From the NCBI GenBank assembly GCA_951406725.2, contig OX597837.1, positions 17,918,001 through 17,982,000 on the forward strand: 64,000 nucleotides of DNA. The letters are read 5' to 3'. The notes under the pieces are model-generated. The model searched no databases. It saw only the letters and a list, made by a program, of their open reading frames with translations, and was not told where the DNA came from. Position 1 is the first letter of the stretch, and the number at the start of each line of letters is the position of its first letter. The stretch comes from Octopus vulgaris. Lineage: Eukaryota. Below are positions 12,647-25,234 of this stretch, piece after piece. A program made the translations under genes and the position numbers.

Positions 12647-12774
12647 AGTGTAGCCAAAAGTAAAAATATATACAGGTGGAGCTTGATGGAGAAATGTTCC
12701 CATAAAAATAGCAACAAGGAATGGTTAAAGGAGCATCCATTTATAAACAACAGCACAACATGCATTGTACCTAG
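12647..12774 (+). other. weak candidate host exon
   Basis: Pyrimidine-rich acceptor TTTCTTTATTGATTCTTTACAACCAG, open frame SVAKSKNIYRWSLMEKCSHKNSNKEWLKEHPFINNSTTCIVP, donor AG|GTAGGA. No recognisable homology. Confidence 0.2.
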
Positions 12775-14253
12775 GTAGGAATTTCTTTATACAGTGTGTG
12801 TGTGTGTGTGTGTGAATGACAGTTACAAAGGAAATAAAACATTAATTGTAACATGAAAGAAGATGATAATGATGATGAGTATTGGTCGCATCAATCCCAA
12901 GATGTTGGGGATTGTACAAAGGTGAAGCACATAGGAAAACTACTAACAAAAAACAAAAAAAAAAATCAGTGAGGGCATTCATAAAGAGGTAATAATTGAT
13001 GATGATGATAGTAATGGCTTCTAACATAGATACTGGCAGAAAATAAAGTTGATTAAATTGATCTTGTACATGTTTGAATACTTAATTTTGTCTGATGGTC
13101 TAATGATCCTGCCAAATTGACACCCAATAACAACAACAATAATAATGATAATAATTGAATTATTGTCGACAAGTTAACCTTCATATTAAATCTTTTATAG
13201 CATATCTGTTGAAAACATTGCCTGTTGCATAGGGTCTGCTATGCTTTAAAATTAAAATGATATCACATGGAACCTGGTGATATCTCAACAACACCTTGCT
13301 ACAGTTGTGTGGTTTCTTGCTACAAACATCTTATCTCTCTTTAAACATTGCTGTTCATTCTGTCCATAGAATTGTTTCCATTCACTTGCAGGATAATCTA
13401 TTTCTGTTTTTTTTTTTTTACTTTTTATTTTATGATTTTTTTTTGTTTTTTTAATTTTTTTTTGCTTGACACGCTGTCAATTTCTTTTATGTTGCTGCTT
13501 TATCTGGTTTGTGCTCCCTGCTCTCATCTTCTCTGTTCTGTGTGCACATGTAAGTGTGTGCATGTGTCTCTACATGCAATCTTTATCACTCTTGTGCATG
13601 TGCTAGTTATTTCATAGCAATTAAATATGACAATCCATTTTAAAGTTGGTGTTTTTGGTTGTGATGCTACACTAATTTTATTATATTATTTCATACTTGA
13701 TCCATTATTAGGGCCCTCAGTTACTTGATGTCAGTGTGATTATTTCTTATAGCATACCAGTATATTAGTATTGTAGTGCCTGTGTTATTGTCATAATTTT
13801 GTTGCAGGTTCAACCTGGTTGAATAGATCTATGCTGAAAAGCATTCCAAATTCAGACCATTCTTTTTTTTATTTAGAGGTATGTAGGATTACATAATCTA
13901 GTCTCTCCTTCCTGTTTTAAGATGTGATTTGAGTAAAGATTATTTAAAGAAGGTTGAGCAGAAAAAGACCTATTCTGTAAAAGGCAGAAACAAAACTAGT
14001 CCTCTATACTATTATTTTAATAAAAGAAAATGCTTTTGCTCATTATAAATGTATTGAGTACTCTGCAGTAAAGTGTGTTTCTTGAAATAGAAACATTTTA
14101 CAACATATCTATTTATGTATCTCTCCATGTGTGTATATACACACACATGTACTTATGTAATGTGTGTGTGTATGTATATACATACATATATATGTAGGTA
14201 TATCTTATGTATGTATATGTAGATACACACACACACATATATATTTAAATATA

Positions 14254-15833
14254 TAGGGATTGAACAAAATAATGGAAACACCTAGCATCATCTAATATAT
14301 AAATCCCGTTCTGTCTGTCTGTTTGTGCGCTTATAACTCAAGTATTGTTCATCTGATTGCACTGAAATTTTAAACATGGATACATGAGAGAGCTGGGCAT
14401 TCCATAATCTAAAAAGATTTTCAAAATTGTCAGTTTCAAAGTGAGAATCGCTATTTTTGTAATGTTTGCCTGTCCATCAGATGATTAAAACTTCCATTTT
14501 TATTTTTATTTGAAGCTACTGTTATGTATCCTGTCGTTCTTACCACTACGTCAGAGAAAATCGAAATAAAATACTTAAAGCAACAGTCCTCAAATACAAA
14601 AGCCAAAGAACTGTTAATTGTTTAAATTTCACTTGCAATATTCACTTTGGAGATAAAACTGCATTCAGTCTGGCTTACAGGTGTCAACATGAGGTATGCT
14701 TGAGTGCAAAAAGTTTAAGGTTATTTATGATGTCCAATTCCACTTGAAGTTGTATATATATTGTGTTAAGATTTGTTATCAATCAATTATCCGTATTGAG
14801 AAGAAACAGTCAAAAGTAACCACCACATACAATCACCAAACATCTCCACTACTTAACACCATTCAAGTTAACCCTCTTCACATTTACAGCTAACATGAAA
14901 ACTATGAGGAAAAGGCAATTATTTTAATTAAGCAAAAAAGAGAAAAAATTTATTGCTATTAAAACGCGTAAAATTTTGGGGTTAACAATCTTAATCTTTA
15001 GTTACAGTTTCTCATTAAAACTACATAATAGGCAGAATTGTCGGATTTTTTGTAATACATTCTCCATAAGGTTTTACAGCTACATAAAATTAATCAACCA
15101 ATGTTCGGTATTCCTTCATTGAACAAGCTGAACTGATCAACATTATTAGATCAGTTTTTTTTTTAAATCACAATTCAGTCACTTCTAAACAATAATTTTA
15201 CTGCTTCTAAATTGCTGACATGTTTCATTCCAAGTCTTTTATTTTGAGTTATGTCATTGAAACACCCTTAACTTTTAGTAGTCCGTTCACAGTGCACTGC
15301 CAAATAAGTAAAATAACAAATGCTTCTTTCATCAAAAGATCGCATTCACCCTAACCAAAAGTAACAACCTCATACAACCACCAAACATCTCTGCTACTTA
15401 ACATCATCCAAGTTAACCCACTTCACCTGTACAAACTGTCCATTGGACAGGGGGGGGGGTGCTTTGCTAGTACCATCATAATTTTGAAATATCTATAAAA
15501 CCATCAAAAGCTTGTTTATTTTTATGGTTTTTTTATTTATAATTAGTGTTGCTTAATATATTTTGCTAAAATTGCTGTTTCTCTTCAGATATTATCAGAA
15601 AATGGTCATTAAAATGACAGATCTATCGGACTTTCAAAGAGGTCAAATTGTTGGTACTCATATGGCTGGCACTGGCATAATGAAAACAGTTGAAATGTTT
15701 GGTGTATCAAGAAGTACTGTCTTGAATGTAATGACAGCCTTTGAGAAAGAGGGAAAAACCTCCTCATTGAAACAAAACTCCGGAAAAAAGCCAAGACTTT
15801 CAGATAGGGACCATTGGACTCTTACATGAATAT
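14254..15833 (+). mobile_element. Tc1 transposon 5' part, split by a Helitron insertion
   Basis: TIR TAGGGATTGAACAAAATAATGGAAACACC; ATG 15614 gives MTDLSDFQRGQIVG...MFGVSRSTV...NSGKKPRLSDRD (Tc1 paired-like HTH). Confidence 0.85.
14291..15470 (+). mobile_element. non-autonomous Helitron
   Basis: 5' A|TCTAATATATAAAT; 3' palindrome CTGTCCA-T-TGGACAG then CTAG|T; no TSD. Removing it rejoins the Tc1 sequence CCTAGCATCA|TACCATCATAATTTTG. Internal ~78-bp direct repeat at 14811-14888 / 15356-15433. Confidence 0.8.
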
Positions 15834-15849
15834 GGGTACAGGACGTCAC

Positions 15850-16430
15850 CAACAGTGCAAACAACATGAAATATGTAAACAAACAAGTTAAATACATAAA
15901 CAACAAGAGGAAAAAAATGGGAAACAGGACAAGCAAACTCAGAGAAAGGACTCTTCATAAGTTGTTGGTTGTCTATCTACTCCTCATTTCCCTTTTTCAC
16001 CCCTCCCTCTTTCACCGTTTTCTATCTGTCTGTCTCCTCCTCTTTCTCTTTTTCTCTCTCTCTCATTGCTCACACATGACCATCGTCCATTTTTCTTTTC
16101 CTGCATGGACATTCAAAACACTGGACATTTTTTCTCTCTCTTCTATCTTTTCTCTTTCCAAAGAAAATAATTCCCCCATATTCACTATTTTCCTCTTGTT
16201 CTGGTTTAACGACCCTCCATGTTTTCGTTTGGTTTCCTTGTATATCTCCACTGTTCTGTTTCTGTTCCCAACTTTGACCCTCCACAAATACTAAATTTTA
16301 TTTTAGAATTCATGGAAGCAACTGTCTTTGAAGACTGATATGGTCATTGAATGCTTGAAATGAGGAGTAGATAGACAGCCAACAACTGGTGAAGGATCCT
16401 TTCTCTGTGTTTACTTGTCCTGTTTTACAT
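15850..16430. repeat. ~68-bp inverted repeats around a CT-rich core, possibly a Penelope-like pseudo-LTR remnant
   Basis: 15922-15989 is the reverse complement of 16357-16425 with few mismatches. The family assignment is inference. Confidence 0.5.
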
Positions 16431-16904
16431 AAAACCTGGCAGGACAAGTGAGACCATAACCCGTGGCCTCTGCCTGGGATGTGGCTGGTCCACTTATGTA
16501 TACCTTTCCTATTTGGGACTCAAAACTCTACTTGTGAAGACCTGTTGAGGCAAGTGAGAATCAAAATCAAAATCGATCAACATCAATGGAACTTGTAGTT
16601 GTGATACCAGCACCGGTGGCATGTAAGAGAACAATCCGAATGTGGCCGTTGCCAGCGCTGCCCCGACTGGCCTCTGTGCCGGTGGCACATAAAATGCACC
16701 ATCCGATCGTGGCTGTTGCCAGCCTCGTGTGGCACGTAAAAAGCACCCACTACACTAACAGAGTGGTTGACGTTAGGAAGGGCATCCAGCCGTAGAAACA
16801 TTGCCAGATCAGACTGGGCCTGGTGCAGCGTTCTGGCTTCCCAGACCCCAGTTGAACCAAGCAACCCATGCTAGCATGGAAAGCGGACGCTAAATGATGA
16901 TGAT
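16431..16904 (+). mobile_element. RTE LINE 3' UTR fragment
   Basis: Homologous to 28155-28702; ends CCATGCTAGCATGGAAAGCGGACGCTAAA(TGA)n. Confidence 0.88.
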
Positions 16905-17384
16905 TTCATATTGTTTGCACAGTTGGTGACGTCCTGTACCCATATATACATACACACACACACACACACACACACTCACACATATATGTATACACACACA
17001 CACACACACACACAAACAAACACATGTATATGACTTGAAGTATATAAAGCTGAATGTCAATACCTAGGAAACTTTGCCTTTCTATTTGATTGAAAGTCTG
17101 GTGACATATGTTCTTCACCAGAATCAATGAGTTTGAGAAGTGAAGATCAATGGCATCAAAATGAAACACAGCTGTGGAGAGGAAGGACACCATACAAATT
17201 GTGTAGATACCCTAGTCACCATATATGTTTCATGTAGCCTTCTAGCAGTATGCAATACTGAAATGGCATTCCATAGATATCAGAATAGTTGAATCCATGA
17301 TGATACTCCTTATACATGTTGACTGTCCCTGCAAAAATTACTAACAATGGTTTTGGAGTTAAAATTTACTTGAAAAAACAGTCA

Positions 17385-17430
<46 letters not shown>

Positions 17431-17468
17431 TGCATACATACATATATACATACATACATACATACATG

Positions 17469-18735
17469 CATGGTGTGGTGAATAAATTGTCATCTAAATT
17501 TTGCCAAAATGAAAATAACACTGATATCTCATTTTAACAGATATATTTAGCAAAATTACATTAAAATGTCTGGAAATACTGAAGAGTAAATTTATTCAAT
17601 AAAATCACCATTGGCTTCAACCATGGCCTCCAAATGACTTCAGAATCTCCTGCAACTCTTCTTGACAGTCTCCTTGTTTAAGTTGGTGAATGCTGCTATA
17701 ATCCTTGCCTTCAGTTCCTCTTTGGAGTTTTGTTGGTCTCTTACTCAACTACACCCCACACATAATAATCAAGGGGATTGCAGTCTGGGAAGTTAGGTGG
17801 CCAGATGTTAGGGATGACATGGTTGCAGAAATTGTCTGACAGCCATGACTGAGTTCTCCTGCTTCTGTGGTATGGTGCAGATTCTTGTTTCCAGACATAG
17901 GTTCTTCCAGCGGCCGCCCTCTATACCCAAAGCAGCACTACCTCTTCCAGGTGCTTGATGTAGGCCTCTGTGTTGAGTGTGAGACCATGTAGGAAGATGA
18001 ATGGAGGTCTAACATCGCCATCACTTGTGATCACTCCAAACACCATGATGTTGACTGGATGTTTGATTTTTATCACTTTCAGTACATGTTTTAGGGACAT
18101 GGTAAGCAAATGGTTCACCATCTGATCCTGGCAGAAATTTTTCTTGTCTGAGAAAAAAATCAAGGCATGTTCAGTTGGAGGGGATGCTTGAGTTTGTTCA
18201 AAAGCTTTGTAGCACAGTCTTTCCTCTTGTCCTTGATGGTTTGGTATAAAAATTGGCCCTTTCTCATTTTGTATGTGGAATACTGAATGTCTTCATGCCT
18301 GATAAGAAACTCAGACACTCCCATGCCCCTGGTGATGGACCTGATTGACTTGGAGGAATCATTGGCAATCTTGGCCTGGATCTCACCAACAAATTCAGAA
18401 GTTCTTTTCTTCTCAGAACAATCACAGTGAGTTTTCTGAGCTGCCATACCTTTGTAATCACCATTAGACTCATCCAACTCTTTCTGAATCCTTTGCACTG
18501 TCCTCAGATTGACACCCAATCATTCTGAAATGTTTGTATTAGAGCTTCCAGCACAAATGCCAAGCAGTACAGCATGTCATTTCCAAATTTCTGGCTGAGT
18601 AAATTGCATCATAGTGCTGTTTTTCTCACAGACGGTGCCCTACTGACCCTACTATACTGTGTAGTCAACAAAATCAAAAACAAAGAATGTGCGTGTGCAA
18701 AATCAAAAATATACAATGGCGATAATTTATCCATT
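17469..18735 (-). mobile_element. maT/DD37D transposon, near full length, decayed
   Basis: Minus strand: GVNLRTVQRIQKEL, FFSDKKNF, MVFGVITSDGDVRPPF, ESAPYH and WPPNFPDCNPLDYYVWG, with 37 residues between the 2nd and 3rd catalytic positions. Confidence 0.9.
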
Positions 18736-18855
18736 GTGCCAGGTTTTAAAAAAAGGAATAAGTACTAGGGTTGATTTGTTGGACTAAACCTTTCAAGGTG
18801 ATACCCCAGAATGGTTGCAGTCCAATGATTGTAACATGTAAATGGTAAAAGATAG

Positions 18856-19288
18856 AGGCACAGATATGGCTGTGTGGTAAAAAGTTTGTTTCCCAACCAC
18901 TTTGTCTTAGAATCAGTCCCACTGTATGGTGCCTTCAGCAAGAGTCTTCTGCTATAGCACTGGACTGACCAAAGGCTTGTGAGTGGACTTTGTAAGCAAA
19001 AACTGAAAGAAGCTGCTGTACGTATGTGTGTGTGTGTGTGGGGGGGGTGTATGTGTTACTGTTGTCTTGCTTTGACTTCATGTGATTGCTGTAAACAAAT
19101 GTCACCATCATGCTAATGTCCTTCATTTCTAATTTTCCATGAAAAGATGGGTAATTTTACCTTATTTGGAAACAAGTTATAGTTGGCAACAGGAAGGGCA
19201 TCCAGTTGTAGAAAATCTGCCTCAACAACTTCCATCCAAGCCATGCAAGTATGGTAAAGTGGATGCTAAATGATAATGATGATGATGC
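18856..19288 (+). mobile_element. tRNA/CORE-like SINE carrying an RTE-derived 3' tail
   Basis: Same head as 10866, but ends GTTGGCAACAGGAAGGGCATCCAG...CCATGCAAGTATGG...GATGCTAAA(TGA)n like the RTE 3' end. Confidence 0.8.
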
Positions 19289-21684
19289 AGATATGTATAC
19301 ATGTGTACTTTAATTTGCCAGCCTCCTTTCAGTGGGAAGCAGTCCTCAGGACACAGCTAACAATGGTCCACAATGGTCATATTTATCATGAAATAAGCAA
19401 AACTCTGCAAAAGCAGTATAAATGCTAGGACAAAGGGGAAAAAAATATGATCACTCACCCTTGAAATTCACTGTTATTGAAATTCACATGCTGTTATTAC
19501 ATGACAATTATGGAGTAGCTAAACACTCTTATTTTCCTTGAATTTTTTTTATTGCTGACAAGAGTAGTGTCCAAGTAAAATAACGGATCAGTCTCTCAGT
19601 TTTGAGGTTATGAGTTCATATCACATCACAAGCACTTTACACAAGCACTCTTGTCATGAATATGAAATATTTGTTATCATCTTGTGAATAGCTCTAAAAT
19701 TACAATGTCAGGCTATGACCTAGTGATCTTAATAGATCAGTATATACAGAATAAGGTTATTATTTAAACTTGAATGGCACTTGGTGCTTATTGTCTTTCA
19801 AGTTTTGGTGTCAGTATACAATAATGTTTTTTTTTTGCTTTTATTTCTTTTATATAGTTTATTTCATGATAACTGGTCTCTTGTCTCTGAAGTAGATGTA
19901 GTCTTTTGATTTATTCAGCAGATTCCTGGCAGTGTTATAATTCTTTAGGTCTTGTAGATGATATGATATGATGGATGGAAGATAAGTCTATCAGATTTAG
20001 AAATAATTGAAATTTTAATTGATATCAGAGTTTTATTTCGATGCTAATTCTTCATTCCTTTATGTTGGAATGATATTGAGAACAAATACAGCTTCAACAA
20101 CAATTTATGAATGTAAACTATAATTTACCTAGCTTCAATTAACACCATTGTCAGCTTTCCTATCAATAAAATTATATATTATTCATTTTGTTCTTGCATT
20201 ACTTGAAAAAGCTTCTTTGTTACATTTGACAATGTAGAAATTACATAATGTCATGTTAAGTCTCATCCATCCTAATTTTAACTTTTATTCTAAAATCTCA
20301 TAAAATATCAACTCCCCCTCCCCAAAGAGAGGGAGAAATTCTTTTCAGTTTCTACTTGTATATTTCAGAAAACCCGTCTGAGTTACAGACTGGAGTATTC
20401 ATCATCATCATCATCATCAGCTTTAAGCTAGTTAGCTTGGATGATTGTTAGAGTGTTGGAAAGAATGCTTCGTTCCTGCTCGTTATGTTCTGAGTTCAAA
20501 TTCTGCTGAGGCTGACTTTGCCTTTCATCTTTTTTATATGCTTCACAACTTTGAAGTCCAGAGTTCAATGCTATTGTGTGGCATCTTGGGCAAATATTAA
20601 TTTTTGTAGCCTCCATTTCACCTAAATCTTGTGTGTGTATGTGTGCGTGAAATTGAGTAGCCGAAAACAGTAAGAGAAGCCTGTCAGGTGGATTGTATTT
20701 GTAATACAAAAACTATAAGCTTGTCACCTACTGTATCATGCTGGTTCTACTCAAAAATTATGTTAAGGATACACATGTCTGTGGAACATTCAGCCATGTA
20801 CACATTAATTCAGAAGCAATTTATGCAGTTGATCAAGCAACTGAATCCTCATTATTGAATAATGGAGATTCATCACCACCTTAACATTGAATGTAGACCG
20901 AGTCTTGTTTCTCTCTTGGTCATCATTTAACTATAGCTAGCCTTCCAGAATATGAAGATTTTGCAAGTGAACAGTGTCACCCATCTTAACTGACCAGTTT
21001 CTTCAAAACTGGATTGAGAAAATTTCTGACTCTGTGTGTGTGTGTGCGTGTGCATGTATGCATGCATGCACATGCATGTTTTATAGAAATCAAAAGATGG
21101 AGATCCACATCAGGTCAGAAGATAGCCAGAGAAAATTCTGAAATTCTGATATGCTTCTAGAGTACAAATTGTCAGAAATAGTTTAAGAGTGAAAGATTCA
21201 TGATGTATAACAACTGGTTCTTCTCTCTACCCCTCTCTCTCTCTAACCAAAGTTAACTAAACTATAATGAAGTAAATAAAAATACTAAATGCTACTACTT
21301 ATTAGGAAGTGACAATGCTAACATATTTTGAGGCTCCATACAGATACACACGCATTCTTAATGTAAAGCCTAGGGCTTTTTAACCTTACATCATTCCCAA
21401 TCTGTGGTCAAAATGTGTTTTCTTTTTCTGTATATCCAGTTCTGCATTGTGCATTATGTCTTTTTAAATGGTTAGTTGGGCATTTTGAGGGGGCTTAGCT
21501 GCTGTTTATAGCAGATGAAACAACAATGTAGTGACTTACTCATTGTTAGTATGTTAAATGGAAGAGGAGGAATAGAGCAAAGAAAGTGTAAGGAAATTAT
21601 AATATTGGTGTGTATGTGATGTTATTTGTATTTGTATGTATAACTTTGTATTTTTCATCTACTGTTGTATAATATATTGGTATG

Positions 21685-21717
<33 letters not shown>

Positions 21718-21774
21718 TCTTGAGCAAGACACTTCACTTCACGTTGTGTTCTTGAGCAAGACACTTCACATTCC

Positions 21775-22672
21775 TCCACTTCACAAGAAGCAAGGTCATG
21801 ACTGTAGAGAGAGTGATGGGCAGTTTTGCTACCCATCTCTGTCAAATAATTTGATACCAGGATGGAATTGTGGTCTGGTGCATTGTCCTGATGCAGGTGT
21901 TACTGGCCCAAGTGGAAGAGCTCTGACCTTTTGCAATGAAATCTCTTCTTGAACTCCCTCAAAAACCTCCACAAAGTACTCTTTGTTGACTGTCTGGCCA
22001 GAGGGTATCCAGTGGATGTGGATGATGCCCTTGCTGTTGAAAAAGGGGATCATCATGAGCTTCCCAATGGACTTGCTTTGCCTGACCTTATTGGGTCTTG
22101 GGTAGCCAGGATACCTCCAATGGGCACTTCAGCTTCATCACAGGTCACCAGAAACTCAAGTGCTCTTGGATTGGAGCTAATGAGGTTAACTATCTCCTGC
22201 TCTCACCAATGCATCTTTCCTTATGTTCTTTATTGATCATCCTGGGAAAAAATGTTGCACGAATTTTGTGCATGTTGAGATCTTCATGAATAATTCTGTG
22301 TACAGTTTCCACACCAACTCCAAATTGTGAGTTTTCTCAACCAGCTCTGATGTTCTGATGCACCTCTCATCTCTTACCTCTTCTCTGCCATCCTTGTATG
22401 TCTTGTGCCATTGAAATACAGCGGATTGGCTCATACAAGCTAATCCATAAGCAGTCTGAAGTATTTCATAAGTTTCTGTCCTGTTTAACACAAAATGTTA
22501 TTGCTTAGGGAGCTTCCAAATTACCTTCTCAGCTGTCTCCTTCAATCTGGAATTTAAAAAAGTTGGCAGTTTAGCATATTAGACATATAGTAAATATATG
22601 CTAAAATTTAAATAGTCTAAGACTAACTGCCTCTCCTAAAAAAAAGTTTCAGATCTTCCTGAATGCATCTCT
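21775..22672 (-). mobile_element. mariner transposon remnant
   Basis: ETYEILQTAYGLACMSQSAVFQWHK, VTCDE, MMIPFFNSKGIIHIHWIPSGQTVNKEYF, LHQDNAP, LYSHDLASC. Confidence 0.85.
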
Positions 22673-23059
22673 TATTAAAAACAAACCCCATTAAGTATTT
22701 CTTTATTAATATTCTTGAATTTTCTTATTATATTTTAGATTTAGAATTTTTTATACAATTCTAGAAATATTCCAGAATTTGTAGAAAACCTAAGAATTAT
22801 AATAGAAATCTTACCATCGTCAATCTACTCATCCATACCCCAGGCTTTTTCACCATAATCATTGTGAGCAGTATCTTGTCATCATCATAAGTATTATCAT
22901 CATCATCTTCATAATCAGCATATTACCACCACTCTAATGTACATACTACCATACCTGTTTGTCTTACGCTGTTTTGTTATCCAGCATGTATCCACATGTC
23001 TAGTTTGTAAGAACCTGCATGAAGAAATTCCTGTAATTTTAATATAACAAATATATTTG

Positions 23060-23482
23060 TAGGACAATCTACTGTGTCATTGATATATTTATAGAATGTT
23101 TACTGTGTCATTGATATGTTTATAGAACAGTATACTGCATGACTGATACATTAATAGAACAGTCGACTGTGTCTATGATATATTTATTGAAGAGTCTGCT
23201 GTGTCACTGATGTATTTATAGAACAGTTCACTGTGTCTCTGATACGTTTGTAGAGTGCTTATTGTGTCACTGTTTCACTGATAACAGTTCACTGTGCCAT
23301 TGAAGTATTTACAGAAAACCTACTGTGTCACTGATACATTTACAGAACAGTCTACTGTGTCACTGATACATTTGTAGAGAGTCTATTGTGTCACCAATTC
23401 ACTGATTTATTTATAAAACAGTCTACTGCATCACTGATACATTTTTAGAAGGTCTATTGTATCACTAATATGTTTATAGAAC
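23060..23482. repeat. degenerate ~32-bp minisatellite, about 13 copies
   Basis: Consensus approximately TAGAACAGTCTACTGTGTCACTGATACATTTA, with internal ACAGT-CT-ACTGT palindrome. Confidence 0.85.
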
Positions 23483-23485
23483 ATA

Positions 23486-24232
23486 TCAGCTTCCAGCACA
23501 GTCTTGAAACAACTCTGGAACCTAGCACATTTGTCCCTTACAGTATCCCTGGAAGATCTTCAAACACCTCCTTGATCTAGATCCAGCTCGGCCCTAGTGT
23601 TGCATGCAGAGCAGTTGGTATCTGTCTCAACTGTACCCTACACAAAGTAATCCATAAGTTTACAGTTGGTATCTGTCTCAACTGTACACTACACAAAGTA
23701 ATCCATAAGTTTACAGTTGGTATCTGTCTCAACTGTACCCTACACAAAGTAATCCATAAGTTTACAGTTGGTATCTGTCTCAACTGTACCCTACACAAAG
23801 TAATCCATAAGTTTACAGTTGGTATCTGTCTCAACTGTACACTACACAAAGTAATCCATAAGTTTACAGTTGGTATCTGTCTCAACTGTACACTACACAA
23901 AGTAATCCATAAGTTTACAGTTGGTATCTGTCTCAACTGTACCCTACACAAAGTAATCCATAAGTTTACAGTTGGTATCTGTCTCAACTGTACACTACAC
24001 AAAGTAATCCATAAGTTTACAGTTGGTATCTGTCTCAACTGTACACTACACAAAGTAATCCATAAGTTTACAGTTGGTATCTGTCTCAACTGTACACTAC
24101 ACAAAGTAATCCATAAGTTTACAATTGCCATACATATCGCCTTCCAGCAGCAATCCTCACCAGCCAGGGTTTGACCACCGTCTCCAGCAGTTTCACATAG
24201 ATGTTTGAATTTAGCCTAAGGCCCTGTTCATC
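23486..24232 (-). mobile_element. maT/DD37D transposase C-terminal fragment hosting a minisatellite
   Basis: Minus strand EQGLRLNSNIYVKLLETVVKPWLVRIAAGRRYVWQ, then the repeat, then VETDTNCSACNTRAEL...KEVFEDLP...KCARFQSCFKTVLEAD. Confidence 0.8.
23612..24121. repeat. near-perfect 51-bp minisatellite, 10 copies
   Basis: Unit CAGTTGGTATCTGTCTCAACTGTAC(C/A)CTACACAAAGTAATCCATAAGTTTA with one variable site, order C,A,C,C,A,A,C,A,A,A. Confidence 0.97.
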
Positions 24233-25234
24233 AGTTACTGGATAAATTCCAGCATGCAAATGCAGTCAGAATGCCTGCGATGTCCCTTCCTACTGGCTAT
24301 GGCTTTGTAGTCTCCTTTACAGCTGTCCATGTCACATCATACAGCTTTTACAGTCTTCACAGAGCATTGAATAGCAATCATAATGTCATTTTGATACCTA
24401 GTGTAAATCACCATGATACAGGTAACTCTTTTCCAATATTCAGATCGCATCCAGTCCACCATGCCAGCTAACATTTTCTCAACTACAACTTTATGCTCTC
24501 CAATGCCATTGACTATTCACCAATACATTAAGCTGTTCCTGTAAAAGGAAAACATTTAGCCCAAACACCCTGTACAAAACACAATTAATGTCCACCTGTC
24601 AGCAAACCTGCCTTTAGCAATATTCTCCAATCACTGGTCACCACTATTTTTTCTCTACCTTATTCTCTGTTCTTTTGATTTTGTCCTCTCTACCTCTCTC
24701 CTCCAAACCAAATTGATGCACCCACCCTTCCTTCACTTTCCACAATTGCTTGATCATTATTCTGGTTGGCCAGGATGTTCTTATACTGGATATTGGAGAA
24801 TAGAGATCATTGTTGGTTAGAAGTAGAATGGAGTTGAGTGTTTGATTTAAGAGGATTGCAGTTTCAAACAAACAGAAGGATCAAGAAAAGTTTTCAGTAC
24901 AGTATCTGAAAAGATAGGAGGTATAAAATTAGCAAATGTGGTGAAACAGAGATACATACCATATATGAGCAGGTATTCCCATACAGTTTACAATCATGTG
25001 GTTTTGGATTTGATGTTACTATAGTGAAGTACTAAGTGACAGATTTATGTCTCAGTCAGTTCAAGTCTTGTGAATGAAATTCAGTAAAGGGAAACTTTGT
25101 AGAAAGCATTCTTGGGAGGTAGACCTAATCAATTGCCTGGTTTAACCTGTTTTTAATACACTGTTGCAAGGCTTTAGAACAGTCTGAGGTTAATAACTCA
25201 ATGTTTTGATGTACTGCTTTTTACTGCAGTCATG

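Noticed and set aside
23612-24121. CRISPR-like array or a 184-aa repeat protein (ORF 23577-24131)
   Set aside because: There are no unique spacers and no cas genes, and the context is eukaryotic. The ORF exists only because the unit is 51 bp, and the homologous frame is a stop-containing transposase.
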